Assembly: GCA_017853555.1 (NCBI GenBank)
Contig: JAFMJH010000006.1
Coordinates: 41,585-105,584, forward strand
Length of the DNA: 64,000 nucleotides
Direction of reading: 5' to 3'
From: Steroidobacteraceae bacterium
GTDB lineage: Bacteria > Pseudomonadota > Gammaproteobacteria > Steroidobacterales > Steroidobacteraceae
The position numbers and the translations under genes were made by a program. Below, piece after piece: positions 62,041 to 64,000 of this stretch. The notes under the pieces are model-generated. The model saw only the letters and a list, made by a program, of their open reading frames with translations. It was not told where the DNA came from and ran no database searches. Numbering within the stretch: position 1 is the first letter of the stretch; the number at the start of each line of letters is the position of its first letter.

Positions 62041-64000
62041 TCAACGCTTGCGACGACCCGACGCAACGCTGCGCGTGTCGTCGGCGGACTTGGCTACGTC
62101 TGCGGCGAGACGACGAGTCTCGCGCGCGGATTCTTCTTTGGAACTCGAGTTGAGTGCGGCGCTGACGAGTGCCGCCTGCTCCGCATCGTGCACCTTGGCG
62201 ATGCCGGTCGCGGGCGCCGCAGCCGGCGCACGACCCGCGTACAGCAACTCGCGACCCGCGAGCGGGCGATCGAGCTGATGACGGATCTGGTACCAGGCGC
62301 CCTGATTCTGCGGCTCTTCCTGACACCAGACGATTTCTTTGGCGTTGCCGTACTTCTTGATGATCGCCTCGTATTCGGCGACCGGGAAGGGATACAGCTG
62401 CTCGAGACGCACCAACGCGACATCGTCTTTCTTCGCGGCCCGACGGGCTTTGAGCAGGTCGTAATAGACCTTGCCGCTCGAGAACACGACGCGCCGCACC
62501 TTTGCCGCGTCGAGTTCGTCGACCTCGTCGATGGCGAGCTTGAACGGGCCGTCCTGCAACTCGGCGAGACTCGAGACCGCGAGCTCGTGACGCAGCAGAC
62601 TCTTGGGCGTCATCACGATCAAAGGTTTGCGGAAACTGCGCAACATCTGGCGCCGCAGCAAATGGAACATCTGCGCCGGCGTCGAGGGCACGCACACGCT
62701 CATGTTCGATTCGGCACAGAGCTGCAGATAGCGCTCAAGGCGCGCCGACGAATGCTCCGGACCCTGGCCTTCGTAGCCGTGCGGCAACAGCAGGGTGAGA
62801 CCGCAGTAGCGACCCCACTTCGATTCGCCCGAACTGATGAACTGGTCGATGATGACTTGCGCGCCGTTGGCGAAGTCGCCGAACTGACCTTCCCAGATCA
62901 CGAGCACGCCCGGGTCGGTCGTGGCGTAACCGTATTCGAAGCCCATGACGGCCTCTTCGGAGAGCACCGAGTCGATCACCTGGAAGCGCGGCTGGCGATC
63001 GGCGATGTGCTGCAGCGCGACGTGCGCCGCTCCGGTTTGCTGATCGTGCCACACCGCATGGCGGTGGAAGAACGTGCCGCGACCGCAGTCCTGCCCCGAG
63101 ATGCGCACGGCATAACCGTCTTCGAGCAAGCTCGCGTATGCGAGCGTCTCGGCGCAGCCCCAGTCGAGCAACTGTTCGCCGGCGACCATCTTCACGCGAT
63201 TCGCGACGACTTGCTGGACGCGCGAATGCAAGGCGAACCCCGCGGGCACGGCGGTGATGCGCTCGCCGAGCGTCTTCAAACGTTTGCCGTCGACCCCGGT
63301 ACGCACGCGCCTCGCCCAGTCGACTTCCATGTATGGACTCCAGTCGACGGTGTACTTGTTGCCGATCATGCCGAGCGAGGCACGCGCCTGCGGCCGACCT
63401 TCGTCGAGTCCCGCGCGGTATTTTTCGACCAGTGCATCACCCTCGCCGCCCGGAATCACGCCTTCGGTTTGCAACCGATCGGCATAGAGCTTGCGCGCGG
63501 TCGGATGTTTGCGGATGACCGAGTACATCAAAGGTTGCGTGGCAGCCGGCTCGTCCGCCTCGTTGTGACCGAGACGGCGATAGCACACGAGATCGATCAC
63601 GACGTCTTTGTGGAAGCGCTGGCGATATTGCATCGCGAGGCGCGTGACGAACACCACCGCTTCCGGATCATCGCCGTTGACGTGGAAAATCGGGGCTTCG
63701 AGCATCTTGGCGATGTCGGAGCAATACATCGTCGAGCGCGCATCTTCGGGCTTCGAAGTCGTGAAGCCCACCTGGTTGTTGATCACGACGTGCAGCGTGC
63801 CGCCCGTGTAATACCCGCGCGCCTGCGACAGTTGCAGCGTCTCCATCACGACGCCCTGACCCGCAAAGGCGGCATCGCCGTGGATCAGGATCGGCACCAC
63901 GCGCTCGCCCAAAGCGTCTTCGCGACGCTCCTGGCGCGCACGCACCGAACCCTCGACCACCGCGTTGACCACTTCGAGATGCGACGGATTGAACGCGAGC
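62041..64000 (-). CDS. sucA: 2-oxoglutarate dehydrogenase E1 component, N-terminal part lies beyond the window
   Basis: The frame is open to nt 64000 (..[38 protein letters not shown]..). The C-terminus and stop are at 62041. Confidence 0.96.
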   Translation of the reverse strand, partial: LAFNPSHLEVVNAVVEGSVRARQERREDALGERVVPILIHGDAAFAGQGVVMETLQLSQARGYYTGGTLHVVINNQVGFTTSKPEDARSTMYCSDIAKMLEAPIFHVNGDDPEAVVFVTRLAMQYRQRFHKDVVIDLVCYRRLGHNEADEPAATQPLMYSVIRKHPTARKLYADRLQTEGVIPGGEGDALVEKYRAGLDEGRPQARASLGMIGNKYTVDWSPYMEVDWARRVRTGVDGKRLKTLGERITAVPAGFALHSRVQQVVANRVKMVAGEQLLDWGCAETLAYASLLEDGYAVRISGQDCGRGTFFHRHAVWHDQQTGAAHVALQHIADRQPRFQVIDSVLSEEAVMGFEYGYATTDPGVLVIWEGQFGDFANGAQVIIDQFISSGESKWGRYCGLTLLLPHGYEGQGPEHSSARLERYLQLCAESNMSVCVPSTPAQMFHLLRRQMLRSFRKPLIVMTPKSLLRHELAVSSLAELQDGPFKLAIDEVDELDAAKVRRVVFSSGKVYYDLLKARRAAKKDDVALVRLEQLYPFPVAEYEAIIKKYGNAKEIVWCQEEPQNQGAWYQIRHQLDRPLAGRELLYAGRAPAAAPATGIAKVHDAEQAALVSAALNSSSKEESARETRRLAADVAKSADDTRSVASGRRKR

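Overview
High-GC gammaproteobacterial core chromosome. It is almost fully coding: about 70 protein genes and 3 tRNAs, and the few non-coding gaps are all short. I recognise these conserved housekeeping blocks:
- a PhoH2 gene, cut by the window edge, followed by bepA and mlaA
- mlaFEDCB
- an Rrf2-regulated suf Fe-S operon: sufBCDS-sufU-sufT plus Rieske and SixA-like genes
- a PQQ-dehydrogenase/sppA/yhhQ/B12-radical-SAM string
- rpsP-rimM-trmD-rplS and ffh
- radA, alr-dnaB and rpsF-rpsR-rplI
- rnr-rlmB
- the E. coli-like block nnr-tsaE-amiB-mutL-miaA-hfq-hflXKC-purA with divergent queG
- pcnB-folK plus a deoxynucleoside kinase
- ruvCAB-ybgC-tolQRAB-pal-cpoB-queE-queC-tRNA-Lys
- lpdA-sucB and sucA, which is cut by the window end

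I see no transposases, integrases, CRISPR arrays, toxin-antitoxin or defence-type gene clusters, and no convincing novel multi-gene system. This looks like an ordinary core region.

The observations most worth a second look are architectural:
1. Two strong-looking tRNA promoters (tRNA-Leu-CAG, tRNA-Glu-CUC) lie directly on the start codons of the divergent RNA-decay genes rnr and pcnB.
2. The queC reading frame runs 10 nt into tRNA-Lys.
3. An uncharacterised B12-type radical SAM protein with a C-x4-C-x2-C cluster motif lies just downstream of the deazapurine transporter yhhQ.
4. The suf operon is of sufU/sufT type and has translationally coupled Rieske and SixA-like genes.

Most long alternative-frame ORFs in the supplied track are high-GC shadow ORFs. 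Start codons were chosen by homology to known N-termini, overlaps and RBS. Several remain uncertain by tens of nt.
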